64,000 nucleotides of DNA from positions 169,260,001 through 169,324,000 of the forward strand of contig OX597814.1 of the NCBI GenBank assembly GCA_951406725.2, given 5' to 3'. The position numbers were made by a program, and so were the translations under genes. Below the pieces are notes generated by a model. The model did no database searches. It saw only the letters and a list, made by a program, of their open reading frames with translations, and was not told where the DNA came from. Origin of the DNA: Octopus vulgaris (taxonomy: Eukaryota). Below are positions 24,911-38,796 of this stretch, piece by piece (within the stretch, counting starts at the first letter, position 1; each line of letters starts with the position of its first letter).

Positions 24911-25769
24911 ATATTCTTTATATTTTGTATTTTGTATTGCAATTAGTAAATAATGGCTCCATTGATCACAGGTTTCCAAAATGTCAATCACTGGTCAATG
25001 GTTCATTGCATTTCTGATGAAGAGAATGGCGCAGTAATATCTGTGTAACTAGGGGCAGAGTAAATATCACAAGGGACTGCATTAGAAATACATTCTTTTT
25101 CCATGTCTTTTGCTAATGCCTACTTACATCTGTAACTGATAAACTGATAGACATTGAAAAATGCATACAGAAAGGACAGGCATACATATTAGGTCTGACT
25201 GTGTCATTGAGAAGTATATATATATGTGTGTGTGTATGTATGTATGTATGTATGTATGTATATATATAAATATACACATACATACATACACACAAACATG
25301 CATACATACATACATACATACATATATATATATAAATAATATATAAATATATGCATATATACATACACATATGTACATACCTACATATATATGTATATAT
25401 ACATGCATATATGGGTACAGGATATCAAAAAAGCTTTGAACGCAATGAGAAACAAAAACATAAAAACCAACTCTTTTTTGAACAATGAAAAAAACAAACT
25501 GGGAAACAAGACATGCAACATAAAAGAATATTTTCCTGCTTCAGTTGTCCCTGTTTCATCTACTCCACGTTTCGAAGGCAAGGACAATACGCAACTTCGT
25601 TGAAACAGTCCTTCCCACAAAACAAATTAAATTAAATTTGGGATTTGTTGCAGAGGATGAAAGTGCTAACAAGAACAGGACAGTGAGAAAAAATCTCAAA
25701 TTTTCCAGCCTTTTTTGTATGATGTGGTGAATGCACTATTTGCCTTGTCTAATTTATTGTTGACTTTTT

Positions 25770-26000
25770 TTCTCAATTTTGGCATCTGATGAGGAGGCGT
25801 ACCCTAGGTAGGTGAACTGTTTGACTCTCTTTAGTCCATTCTTCCTGATGTTGATGTGAGGTGGGTAATATTCTTGCTGTGGTGTGGGTTGATGGAGGAT
25901 TTTTGTTTTCTTTAAACTAACTTCTAGGCCAAAGTGCCTGGCAAAGCAAGAAGTAATGCATTGCAGGCCTATCTCTGTGTGGGAAATAAGGGCAGCAGTA
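25770..26000 (-). pseudogene. RTE/BovB-like LINE RT C-terminal fragment
   Basis: FGLEVSLKKTKILHQP...VKQFTYLG...DAKIEK. Confidence 0.75.
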
Positions 26001-27899
26001 TTGGCTATTTGCAACATCAGTGACTGAAAAGTCACTGTTATTCTATATATATATCATTGGTAGTGACATTTGGCTGGTATGTGGCAAGCAGATCCCTGCC
26101 ACTGAGGAAGTGCAGTATGCTAAAATCACATGATCATACAGTTCTGGCACTCATACCAGATGATTCTCATCAGTTAACATAATATGTCTGTGCTCTTAGC
26201 ACCATACATCCATATGAGATCTCTCAAGGTGAGTGCTACAGTAGTTGGTATTCTAATAATACATCTTCATTAAATAGGAGATAAAAATTGCCACATGCAC
26301 ACACACACACACGCACACACATGATAGGATATTTTTAGTTTCCTTCTACCAAATCTACTCATAAAGCTTTAGTTGGACCAAGGCTATAGTAAAAGACATT
26401 TGTCGAAGGTGCTGCCATGCAGTGAATCTGAACCTGAAACCACAATGTCTTGAGGTGAGTTTCTTAACCACACAGTCATGCTTGCGCCTTGTAAAATCTG
26501 AAAGGAATTAACTAAAGCACTGAAATATCAGATGATACAGAAATTCTACAAATCCAAAACACACTACACACTCATCCTTATGAAAATAAGAAGGGGGAAA
26601 AAAAAAACTAAATAAATAAAACAAATAGGTACACACACACACACACTCACACACATTCACATACACCAAGCCAAATTGCCCTGTAAAACCAAACAAAAAA
26701 AAAAAAAAAGAAAAAATGTTCTTCAATAGCCAAATAGTTTCTATTGATATCCAGACACACAGTAATGAATTCTATTGATTGATCTTTTGACTGTCTTTAT
26801 AACTATCAATCATTGTATTGTATTTGATATTATCCAAATAGATACTGCCGCTCGTGGTTTTGTTTGCAATTGGTTTCATTTCTTTTCAATGTTTTCATTC
26901 TTTTTCTTTAAACCCTTTTAATACCAACCTGCCTGGTTCTTTAATAAAACCTTCTTGTTCTAAAGTAATCTAAATTAAAGCCTTTTATTGAAATTTCATG
27001 TCAATTATGTCTCAAACATCAGCTTAATTATGACTAAGTTATTTTATGAAATTCTTTATTATCGAAATTTGTTTAAAGAAATAAAATATATTACTACATG
27101 AATTTTGCAACAAAAGTGTGAAAGAATGATCTAGAATCAGATGATCCTTGCTGCTCAAATGCAGTGTGACTCAAGATAGGTAGACTTTCTAAGCTTTCTA
27201 CTATAGGTTTTTGCAGTCGTTTTCATACGTTTGTCATTCAATTTGATAATCGGGTCATTCAAAGTTGCGAAAAAATTATCGGAGAGTAAAAGAGTAAAAG
27301 AGTAAAAAAAAGCCATGAAGTTAGACATTCAAATTAATTTTTCGATCATTCAATTTCGCACTTTGGTCATATAATTTAGCATTTACATCATTCAAATTAA
27401 AATGCCCACCGGGAACATTCAAATTAGTCAGAATGTAAGGAAGTATCTTCTTGAGCCTTCAAATTCATTTTGGAACAATCTATTTAACACTTCAAGCAAT
27501 CAAATTAGCATGATAGCCATTTTGGCTTTATCTCATAATCATTGTTATCATAATCATGTGTTTTCATCTACTATTTATGCTTTAAGCTCATATCTTTTCT
27601 ACATATTCTTTTATTTTTGCATAAGTACATGTATTTATAGTTAAGGACTTCATGAAATCACATTCAAGCCTTTACAATTTTTTAAAGAAACTCACAATTA
27701 CAACAAATGCTCATTTTCTTTGGTTTTGAATACATTGTGTTGTGAAATGTGTTCTTCCTTTGCATAATATGTCTTGCTGGGAAAAGTATATATTTCTTTG
27801 ATTTTGCATTCTTTCTTTCATTGTGGAAAGGGTGCTATGCACACTAAAATAATGATTGATATACATTTTTGATAAGGAGAGTTTGAGAGAATTTAGCCA

Positions 27900-28300
27900 T
27901 CTATTTTCTGGTGGTTGAGGCATCTCAGGAGTTAGGTCTGGGTGTCTCTATACCAACAAACACGATTTTCTGGAGTGATAGCGTTGATGTTACACCTTGC
28001 AACCTGTTGTACGACATGTGCTTGCCATTCTTCCATGGTCTAGTCAGCTTCTTCTGGAGCTGCCCAGTTACCAACCTTTTGCTGCAACTCAGCTTGAGTG
28101 AGGTCCCATTTCATGGCCGCCTTAAAGGCAGAATGTGCCATTTCCTTACTATTAAGAAACAGCAAGTAGGGAGGAAAGAGTTTCAGACTGAGCCATGTGT
28201 TGGCATCAGCTGGGAGCTCGGCACAAATGTGAGAACATGTTGGCACATGCTCAAACTGTTTCTGCCAAGAACTCCTCGAAAGAATTTCATGTAATTGTAT
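27900..28300 (-). pseudogene. Degenerate IS630/Tc1-like (DDE_3) transposase C-terminal fragment
   Basis: LFPPYLLFLNSKEMAHSAFKAAMK resembles the LPPYSPxLNPIE motif; internal stops. Confidence 0.6.
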
Positions 28301-29249
28301 TGTTCACAATGGAGTGGTGAACCAGGCAAATTGGAGACTGGTGCAGCCATCTGGTTCGCCAGTTCTCAGTCAAATCGTCCAACCCATGCTAACATGGAAA
28401 GCGGACGTTAAACGATGATGATGATGATGATGATGATGATGATCTCGTCTTCTTCACATGAAAAGATGCCTCATTATGATGGTCCATGGCATCATAACAA
28501 ACACGAGACTGACCTGCTAGAAACACCAGCAAAACCTCCTTCAATCATCTTAGTAAAAGAAAGCATTGTACAGTTGTTCTCGATACACAAACAGACGAGG
28601 TGGTCACTGCTGGACATCTATGATCACATAGGTCTGTTCATTTAAAATTTACTAGGGGGCTAAATAACCATGACAATAACAAAAATGATGACAATGATAG
28701 CCGCAACATCAGCAACAACAACAAGCACAGTGAGAAATTCCTTGCTGTAGAACATCCAGTAAACACTGAAATAAACTAGAGAACCTCCTGCTGCTTAGTT
28801 TATTCAATGTGTTGAAATGCCAAACCAATTTGCTATTCATTAACTTGCACTAGCTCCAAAGAACAATCCTACCAATTTAGAATTTCATGGATACAGGCTG
28901 GATTACAGTTTCTTGTATTTTCGGTATGTAATTATGTAGCTCTACCTCATCTGTTGCTATCAAATATATATAAATATATCTAAAAAAAAAAGGTAAAGAA
29001 AAACCAGAGGCCGTCACTGTATTTTATCAAATTTGTTTCTTAAGACTGATTAAATGTTTACTCTGGAACTTTGGAAAAAAATAATTTTGCAAAAAAAAAA
29101 AAAATTAGAAAAAATAAATTAGACTCTGGAGGATGAGGATAATGATATTGTGGATGAAGTGAGAGATGAGGGAAGCTCCTGTGACCTTTGCATCTTCCTA
29201 CCAAACTGTTGAAGTCAATGTGGTTGATGTTCGGAGTGAACTTCTGAAG

Positions 29250-29354
29250 ATCATCATCATCATCATCATCACCACCATCAACACCATTACCACCACCACC
29301 ACCACCACCACCACCACCACCACCACCACCACAAAAACCACCACCACCACAAAA

Positions 29355-29385
<31 letters not shown>

Positions 29386-29387
29386 TC
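29250..29387. repeat. (CAT)n/(CAC)n trinucleotide tract
   Basis: Read directly. Confidence 0.9.
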
Positions 29388-29558
29388 GTTTTTAATGTTC
29401 ATTTTTCCGAGCTTGCATAGGTCGGATGCAATTTGTTGAGATTGATCTATGGTTGGATGCCCTTCCTGTCACAAACCTTCGTCTGCATATGTATATGAAT
29501 ATGTATATATATATGTATATATATGTGTATATATGTATACATATGTGTATATATATAT

Positions 29559-29587
29559 AAGCTGGCAACTTGGTCTGTCCACCACAG

Positions 29588-29624
<37 letters not shown>

Positions 29625-29632
29625 TATATACA

Positions 29633-29663
<31 letters not shown>

Positions 29664-29679
29664 GTATGTATTATATACA

Positions 29680-29710
<31 letters not shown>

Positions 29711-29736
29711 GTATATATACAAACATACATACATAT

Positions 29737-29788
<52 letters not shown>

Positions 29789-29816
29789 TGTGGTGGACAG
29801 ACCAAGTTGCCAGCTT
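29559..29816. repeat. 30-bp perfect inverted repeat enclosing a (TA)-rich tract
   Basis: AAGCTGGCAACTTGGTCTGTCCACCACAGT at 29559-29588 and its reverse complement at 29787-29816. Confidence 0.9.
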
Positions 29817-30087
29817 GCCTGATAGCAAGTGGGCCTCTGCATCATTAGAATCCATATATGGGGGCCCATGTTAGTATCAAGTTTGAGAATTTTTTACTCA
29901 CTCCTGGAAGAATACATTAATTATTTCAGCCTGGCTGTGTTTGTAGACAGTTGAAAAGATTATTTTTAACAAAAAAAAAAAAATTAAATTATAGCATTGT
30001 AGTTGCGGGTGGGTCCCCTTAGTCTCCTGGCAACCAATGTTTTTAGACCTAGTCCGCCACTGTATACATAAGTGTGTGTATATACGA

Positions 30088-30139
<52 letters not shown>

Positions 30140-30560
30140 ATAGATATATATAGGTATATAGATATATAGATATATATATACACACACATATATATATACC
30201 ATACAGGGGAACCATCTCAAAAGGTTTTATTTTTTTTAAAGCCTGGTACTCATTTTGTTGGTCTCTTTTGTGGAACTGTTATGCTATGTGGACATAAACA
30301 AACTAACACCAGTTGTTAAGCTATGGTAAGGGACAAACACAAAGTCACATATCATCATCATCATCATCATCATCATCGTTTAACGTCCGTTTTCCGCGCT
30401 AGCACGGGTTGGACGGTTCGACCGGGGTCTGGGAAGCCAGGGGCCGCTCCAGGCTCCAGTCTGATTCTGGCAGAGTTTCTACGGCTGGATGCCCTTCCTA
30501 ACGCCAACCACTCCGTGAGTGGATTGGGTGCTTTTTACATATATATATATATATATATAT

Positions 30561-30743
30561 AGTTAATCCAAACAAGAAAGCACAAAAAAACACAACAATG
30601 CGAGGACGTGGAACAAATATAGTATTATTGGACACTCAGGAAAGAAGGAGGATTTAACGTTTCGAGCGGAGCTCTTCGTCGGAAACATAGGAGAAGGGAA
30701 GACAGATGAAAAAAAATCGCCAACGGTACACACGCGGTCACAT
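30561..30743 (-). mobile_element. (TA)n-embedded Penelope-like terminal fragment, family P4
   Basis: Short island between (TA)n runs with a minimal hammerhead variant. Confidence 0.6.
30653..30685 (-). ncRNA. Minimal hammerhead motif with a core variant
   Basis: UUU-CCGACGA-A-GAGC-UCC-GCUC-GAAACGUU-AAA; U-to-C change in CUGA; stem III reduced to palindrome AACGUU. Confidence 0.55.
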
Positions 30744-33116
30744 TTATATATATATTTATCTATGTATGTAGATGTCTATATATGTGTATGCTAGTGTAAA
30801 TTTTAATACTATGTATTGTTTTGGTGTTATCATGAGGTATACAGTATGTAAAATATTAACGATCTTCTGAGTTACTTTATTTCCCCCGAGGTATCAATCT
30901 ATATAAACCAGTGAAGATCAGCCAGAGACTTACATCGCTACATAGTCAACTTCAATATATTCTAGTCTGGTGAAGATTCTGAATGCAAATTCTGGCTAGG
31001 TGGAGTGATTGAGAGAGCTTTTAAAGTTGAGTTGTTTTATCTCTACCTGATAAAGAATAATATTTGAGCCGTCAAATTTATAAGTTTCAAGGATGGTTTT
31101 TCCCTTTAAGATATTAAAATGCCGCCAGAAATACAATAAAAGTTGTCTGCAAATATCTTTAGTACAATTTCATCATAATTTGACTAAGAATATGCTTGTG
31201 TATTGTGCTGTTATTTTTAATGTTATGGTGACCAGCCTGTGGTGGTATAGGTATTCAAACTATTTTGGTATTCTATTAGAATACCAAAATAGTTTGAACA
31301 CTACATTTCTCTAGAATTTATTAAAGCTGTTGCTATACCAAAGTCTAAGTATTTTAGTTCAATATTATTTCATTCTTGGCAATATCACATTAATTCCTCC
31401 TGCACCATATCTTGACTTTAACTGTTGTTAGGCTGTTATGAGGTACACATACTTTTGCTGGGCCAGAAAGGTGAGAAAATATTGTGAAAAGGCATTTGGT
31501 ATAGATCTCTCAATTTATCCATTTCTTACTTGTTTCAGTCAGACTGCAGCCATGCTGGGGCAACACCTTGAAGGATTTAGTCAAATAAACTGACACCAAG
31601 TACTTTTTGTTTCTCAAGTTTGGCACTTTTTGCCAAACTGCTGGGTTATGAGAACACAAACAAAGCAACACTGGTTGCCAAGTGGTGGTGGGGACAATCA
31701 TAAACACACATATTCACATGTGCACACACATATCATCATCATCATTACCACCACCACCACTACCACTACCACAACCACCAAAACCACCACCACAACCACA
31801 ACGACGACGACGACGACCACCACCACCACCACCACCATCACCACCATCATCATCATCATCATCATCATTTAACATCTGCTCTCCACATGTTGAGCTTCTT
31901 TCAATTTCTATCTACTAAATCCACTCACAGGCTTTGGTCAGCCCAAGGCTCTAGTAGAAGGTACTTGCCCAAGGTACCACACAATGGGACTGAATCCAGA
32001 ACCATGTGACTGGGAAGCAAACTTCTAATCACATAGCCACACCTGCACCTGTTTTCCTAATGTATCTTAAACAAGACATATTCACTGGCTATGGCCAAGC
32101 TGAAATACCACCTTCAAGGATATATTTACCAATTATACTCACTGTTCTCCCTCCCAATTCTTGTTGTATCAACTGGGACTTATTTTATCCACTTGAGAAA
32201 GATGATTTATCAGTTTGGGTCTGCATGGGATTTGAACTCAGAACATAAATGTTGTAACTAAAACCCTCGAAGTATTTAATTCTATAAATTATCGATTCTG
32301 CTATCTGTCTACCTTAATTAAATCTTTTTTTCATATTAAATAATAAGTAAATGCGCCCTTTTAAAGCCTAGTCAGGCTCATGGGCCCGGTTTCCTGGTTT
32401 CTATGGCGTATGTGTTCCTCAGCTGGATGGGACGCCATAACCACTAAGCCACGCACCTCCACTTTTCTTTTTACATATTACTGTTTCTTTTCCTTTTAAT
32501 TACCATCTACCTGTGCACCTATAAAATATAATGTAGACATCAAATATTTTCATATTATGACAGGCTATAGAGACAAGCACAAAATGTGTGTTCAGATGAG
32601 TATAACCTTCTGATGAGAAAAACAAAAATGTACTGATAGGAAATTAGATTACATGGAATATATTTTCTTCGTTTTCTCCAAGTGCCAGCCAGAATTGGAA
32701 TCCTGTCATGTCGGCTTGAATGCCCTATCTTGTAATAACAATGAAGGACAGGTTATAAATCAAAATGTGACTTTCACACTTCCTGTTAGCTATCAAAGCA
32801 ACAGTAAGATAGAAAGTTATGAAAATTGAAGCTGGCCTTCCGACATTATGCCAATGTCCAGAACATTCTACTGCATTCCACCATCATCCATTCTGCCTGT
32901 TAATCGTCGCTAACCATAGCCAAATATATCATTAAAGAGCACTGAGTATAAATGAGAATATCATATTGCTAACATCATAGAATAGAACACTACGTTTTTT
33001 TATATATATTTATATACCGCCACTTGATATGTGTGTATGCATGTGTATGTGAGTAAGAAGGTATTAGTGTATATGTGTGGAAATACAAGCATACATCATA
33101 CATAGACACATATTTA

Positions 33117-33224
33117 CATACATACTCTCTCACATTCGCTGCTACAAATACATACATACTCTCTCACATTCGCTGCTACAAATACATACATACTCTCTCA
33201 CATTCGCTGCTACAAATACATACA
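33117..33224. repeat. 34-bp minisatellite, 3 copies
   Basis: CATACATACTCTCTCACATTCGCTGCTACAAATA x3. Confidence 0.9.
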
Positions 33225-33319
33225 TCTAAACCTCAGTACTAAGACAGAAGTTGAAGAGTATGGTGAAGTTTGGATTGACAGATTGTGCAGGAAGAGAAAA
33301 ATTTAAAGAAAGAGATAAC

Positions 33320-33321
<2 letters not shown>

Positions 33322-33358
<37 letters not shown>

Positions 33359-33905
33359 AATTATTGTATACAGTGCTCAGGTGCACCACAACTTGTCAAA
33401 AGTGCGTATAAAGCATACGCAGTAATGTACAAATGTCTGGGAAGTGAGCAGTGTATGAGTCAGATACATGCTTGCATGTGTATGGAGGGGAGAAAATCAG
33501 GTGTAGTGTTGGTGAATCTCAGGAAGCATGGAAGTTTTGAAGGATGCAGTGCTCCGACAACTAACAACTGACGTCAGCAGTTTGCTCCATTCTTCAGTAA
33601 CTCTTAGTGTGAAAAAATGTTTCCGAAAGTCATGGGAGCTGTGCTGTTTTCTGACTTTGTAAACATGTCCACGGGTGTTAGACAGGTGAAGTTTGAAAAG
33701 GTGCTCAGAGTTATTGTTAGTAAGATGGTTAATAATTTTATGGGTGCCTGCGAAGTCAGCTGCCAGACGTCAGAGTTTCAATGTGTCCATGCCCAGGGAT
33801 GTAAGGCATTCAGAATATGGCAAATGCCTGATGGAGGGTATTCTCTTGGTTGCATGTCACTGAACGGTTTCCAGACGATTAATATCCTGGGCATATATCG
33901 AAGGT
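33322..33905 (-). mobile_element. CR1/L2-group LINE 3' fragment with (TTA)n tail
   Basis: Minus strand reads RKQHSSHDFRKHFFTLRVTEEWSKL (RxxFFxxRVxxxWNxLP motif); a short copy of the 3' tip also lies at ~36437-36487. Confidence 0.7.
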
Positions 33906-35258
33906 GAGAGCAGCGAATTCCCAAAATTCTTCAGAATTAACATTTCCAGAATATTCCAAGGAAGAATGATTGGTAACAATATTCATGGAGTTTTTAGAGA
34001 CTATGTTGATGTGGTTACCATAGTATAGGTTCCATATTTCAATGTGAGTTGAAGTGGCAGAATTGCTTTATCTTAGATGAACCTGGGATTTGAAACTTCT
34101 GGTAAGAACTGTACTGTGGGCAAGTTTGAGAGAGCAGCTTGCATTCTACTCAGAATAGGGGTCTGTGTAGAATATAGTGCTTGACTGGAATCAGTATGGG
34201 CACCAACATCACCATCATCATCATCATCATTATCCTCATCACTTTTTTGTTTAGTACCAGGTCAATTAGATTGAGCTGATCTATGGTTAAAAGAGTTATG
34301 ATCGTAACCATCTCATTTTCCGTAGCATTATGTATTTTATTAACAATCAGCAGAAGCTACAAAATGACTCAAGGGCCAAGGGTTTCATGTGTTGGCATTT
34401 ACCTGGAACTAAGTTATCTCATTTGTCCTTCATTTGTATGTAGTTTGAAGAAGATATGGCTGGCTGCTATTTCTAGCTGGTCAGGTGATTAAGTAGAGGC
34501 TTCCGTCTGTGCCCAATTGAACATTTGGTTGTTGCCAACTTTGACTGATCACAATTATAATGAAAGACTTTCCAGTTATGACAGTTTGTATGATGATGGT
34601 GATGATGACAACATGTGTGATTAAGTACATTAACATGTGTGTTTGAATTTGTGTATGTATGTATCTATGGGTGTATATAATAATCACCTCATGGTAAGGT
34701 CACAAGAGGAAGCTATGTGAAACTCACATACATGTATCTTTTATCTTTTACTCATTTCATGCTGGGGCATTGCCTTGAAGGGCTTAGTCAAACAAATTGA
34801 CCCTAGTACTTATTTTCTTCTTTTTCAGCCTGGTATCTATTCTATCAGTATCTTTTGCTGAACCACTATGTTATGGGGACATAAACAAACCAACACTCAT
34901 TGTCAAGTGGTGGTCACACACACACAAACACACACACATTTATATATATATATATACACCATAAATCCTCGAGTATAATCTGCATTTTTTCCCTAAAATT
35001 TAAAGGTCAAAATCCCTAGTGCATATTATACACGAGGTTAAAAATGAAAATGATTTCTAAGTAGTGTCCAAGTCTCTATTTGCTGTCCGGCAATGTTTAT
35101 TCAGATGCATTTTGTGATGTCGGCCACGAAAATACCTTAAGCTAAGCCTGAAAGCAATGAAGTCATTAAAGAATCATCCATAACTTGCAGTAAGCAATAT
35201 TTATTAAACATTATTACTATTATTTCTTTATTTTCTGCAAACAAAATGCACAAAAAAG

Positions 35259-35408
35259 CTAACTTGTGTCAAGGAGGTCTATATAACATCCTTGGTTTGT
35301 AAAAATGTATGCAGTAGCGTACTTTATTATACAATAATAATAAAGTACGCTACTGCATACATTTTTACAAACCAAGGATGTTATATAGACCTCCTTGACA
35401 CAAGTTAG
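35259..35408. repeat. Perfect 72-bp-arm palindrome inside the MITE
   Basis: 35259-35330 and 35337-35408 are reverse complements. Confidence 0.9.
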
Positions 35409-35445
35409 AGAAGGGGTGCGTATTATACACAAGGTTTAGGTTTTT

Positions 35446-35805
35446 CAGCCAGCCATATCTTCTTCAAACTACATACAAATGAAGGACAAATGAGATAACC
35501 TAGTTCTAGGTAAATTCCAACACATGAAACCCTTGGCCCTTGAGTCATTTTGTAGCTTCTGCTGATTGTTAATAAAATACATAATGTTACGGAAAATGAG
35601 ATGGTTACGATCATAACTCTTTTGACCATAGATCAGCTCAATCTAATTGACCTGGTATTAAACAAAAAAATGATGAGGATAATGATGATGATGATGACGA
35701 TGGTGATGTTGGTGCCCATACTGATTCCAGTCAAGCACTATATTCTACACAGACCCCTATTCTGAGTAGAATGCAAGCTGCTCTCCCAAACTTGCCCACA
35801 GTACA
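35446..35805 (-). repeat. Inverted duplicate of 34110-34464
   Basis: Near-identical reverse complement; ORF-track peptides at 34283 (+) and 35629 (-) are almost identical. Confidence 0.92.
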
Positions 35806-36063
35806 AATCTGCCTTAAAAATCCCCTTCGTATTATACTCAAGGGCAGACTATACTCAAGGATTTACGGTATGTATTCATATATAAAATATACAAGGCACT
35901 TTTTGTCAGATGACTGAAACTAAAAGGTATGTACTTTGAGTGCTCAGTTTGGTACACCACTAAAATTCAAGTATAAATTGCAGTTGAACATGTGATTTTG
36001 CAATTGCCTTTCTAAAGCAGCTAGAAATGCCTTCCCCTTGAGCAGGTGTGTATTGATTAAAAG

Positions 36064-36250
36064 AGAAATGAAGAAGTAAACAATTTGGTTAGACTTGACA
36101 AGGACATTTAATTTAGCTATATAATATGATATAATACAATATAAAGGTGTATATAGAGATTAAATACACCTTTGTATTGTATTATATATCATTATATAGC
36201 TAAATTAATTGTCCTTGTCAAGTCTCACTAAATTGTTTGCCTCTTCATTT
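36064..36250. repeat. Diverged inverted repeat (~88-bp arms) beside (TA)n
   Basis: AGAAATGAAG...GACTTGACAAGGACA...AAAGGTGTAT versus ATACACCTTT...TGTCCTTGTCAAGTC...CTTCATTTCT. Confidence 0.8.
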
Positions 36251-36282
36251 CTGTTTTAATTTATTTTCATATGTACATATAT

Positions 36283-36332
<50 letters not shown>

Positions 36333-36639
36333 CATATATATACATATACATACATACATATATATACATATATATACATATACATACATACAAATATGTA
36401 CATATATATATATAACAGGTTTCTTTCAGCTTTTAAATAATAATAATAATAATGAAATTATTGTGTATAGTGCTCAGGTGCACTACAGCATAAATCCTCT
36501 CACAAGGCTTTGGCCAGCATGGGGTTATAGTAGAAGTCCCCTGCTGAATGTGCCATGCTGTGGGAATGAACCTGGAACCATGTGATTGGGAAGCAGACTT
36601 CTTACCACACAGCCACATCTTGTTCTAGTTTGTAATATT

Positions 36640-37095
36640 GGTTTTAAATTTTGGCACAAGGCCAGCAACTTCAGGGGAGGGGTGAGTCGATTTCCCTGAC
36701 ACCCCACTCCTCCACTAATGATCAGCTGGTACTTATTTTATCAGCCTTGAAAGGACAAAAGGCAAAGTCGACCTCAGTGGAATTTGAACTCAGAACGTAA
36801 AGACAGATGAAATACTTATTTCTTTATTACCCACAAGGGGCTAAACATAGAGGGGACAAACATGGACAGACATAGGTATTAAGTCGATTATATCAACCCC
36901 AGTGCTTAACTGGTACTTAATTTATCGACCCCGAAAGGATGAAAGGCGGAATTTGAACTCAGAATGTAACGGCAGCTGAAATACCGCTAAGCATTTCGCC
37001 CGACGTGCTAACGATTCTGCCAGCTCGCCGCCTTTGATGAAATACTGCTAAGCATTTTGCCTGGCATATCAACGATTCTGCCAACATCTCACCTC
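36640..37095 (-). mobile_element. SINE family B nested in a family B copy, same orientation
   Basis: TSD GATGAAATACT at 36806-36816 and 37036-37046. Confidence 0.8.
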
Positions 37096-37114
37096 TTTTC
37101 AGCTTGTATTATTT

Positions 37115-37484
37115 TGTAGCGGCACAAGCAGTCAGTGCCATATTGGATGAGAACTCGTGGCAGCTATTGCCATCTCCAAGACTGAAGTGAGACCTCACCT
37201 GCATCCATTTGCCATGCGTGAGATCACAACGAGGCTCGCAATGGAAAACTATATAAAGGAAAAACCCGATTCAGATCTCTCTCTTTTGATGCCACCTTCA
37301 CAGCAGCACTGGCTGAACACCACCACTGGCTGGACCTGTCTATAGGTTGTATCTCCAGAGACATTGCTCCCACACTAATGGAGCTACTACACAACGCACA
37401 CAGCTTAAGATGGTAGCTGAAACCTGTAAATAAACCAGTTGTAAATAGCGTTTGTACTTGAAGTCTTCTCTCTTCGCTTGCCAG

Positions 37485-37491
<7 letters not shown>
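37115..37491 (+). mobile_element. Candidate solo LTR
   Basis: Starts TGTAG and ends CCACA, with TATATAAA and AATAAA in the expected order; no TSD found. Confidence 0.35.
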
Positions 37492-38006
<515 letters not shown>

Positions 38007-38537
38007 ATATGAGTGTTATCATGTGAAATCTATAACCTAGTCACTGATACCTGAGTAGAAACACCTTTGTCTGTCTTCCTGCCTGTCTGTTTACCTTCTC
38101 GCCCATTTGCATACCTAAACATGCACACATATACATACACATATCTTGCATACATGTGCATGTGTATCTGTGCACTGAAGCATAAAATTTTAGTGCATCT
38201 ATAGCAATTTTCACATTAAGTTTTCCAAAGAAAATCTGCCAACCTTAACAGATAACAGTAAATATATGAATGACAAAACAGCTTCACTGATCAAGAATGT
38301 TAATTGTTGCATGAAATTTTCAAGTTTAGTTGATAAATTCCCTTCAGAAGCTCACATCACAACAGTTTTCTGGGCTGTTGTCTTTATTGATCATAAGTGA
38401 CACAGGTTATGAAAGATGACATTTTTTGTCATTTTTCTAAAATTCCACATGTTATGTCTTATATCTTATCTATCTGTTCAATATCATTTTGATGGCATGT
38501 TATTAGAATGGTTCTAATTAGTTGGTCAAACAATGTA

Positions 38538-38781
38538 CAGGGTTGGCCAAAAGTCAGCTGACAGTAAATCAAAACTCTTTTTAATTCCAAGATTAAAACA
38601 AAAAATTATTTTATATGAGACTTTGCTAATAAACAGGCAAATGTTGAAAAAAAAAATATGGTGATTTTTAACTCACATAATTCAATTATTAAACATTCAT
38701 AATTGGAATGAATAAATAAAAGTGAACATTAAGTATTTATGGAATCTTGATTTACTGTTGGGTGACTTTTGGCCAACCCTG
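38538..38781. mobile_element. Tc1/mariner MITE
   Basis: TIRs CAGGGTTGGCCAAAAGTCA...ACAGTAAATCAA / TTGATTTACTGT...TGACTTTTGGCCAACCCTG; TA on both sides. Confidence 0.9.
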
Positions 38782-38796
38782 TATATTTGTGTGTGT

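Larger units (their letters stand above)
34959..35868. mobile_element. Tc2/pogo-like non-autonomous DNA transposon (MITE) with captured sequence
   Basis: TIRs CCATAAATCCTCGAGTATAATCTGC / GCAGACTATACTCAAGGATTTACGG; TA on the right, CA on the left. Confidence 0.75.

Noticed and set aside
25410-25710. TA-adjacent island resembling the Penelope-like fragments
   Set aside because: No complete hammerhead core or inverted arm could be assembled
33117-33224. 34-bp repeats as a CRISPR array
   Set aside because: Contiguous tandem units without spacers; eukaryotic context, no cas genes
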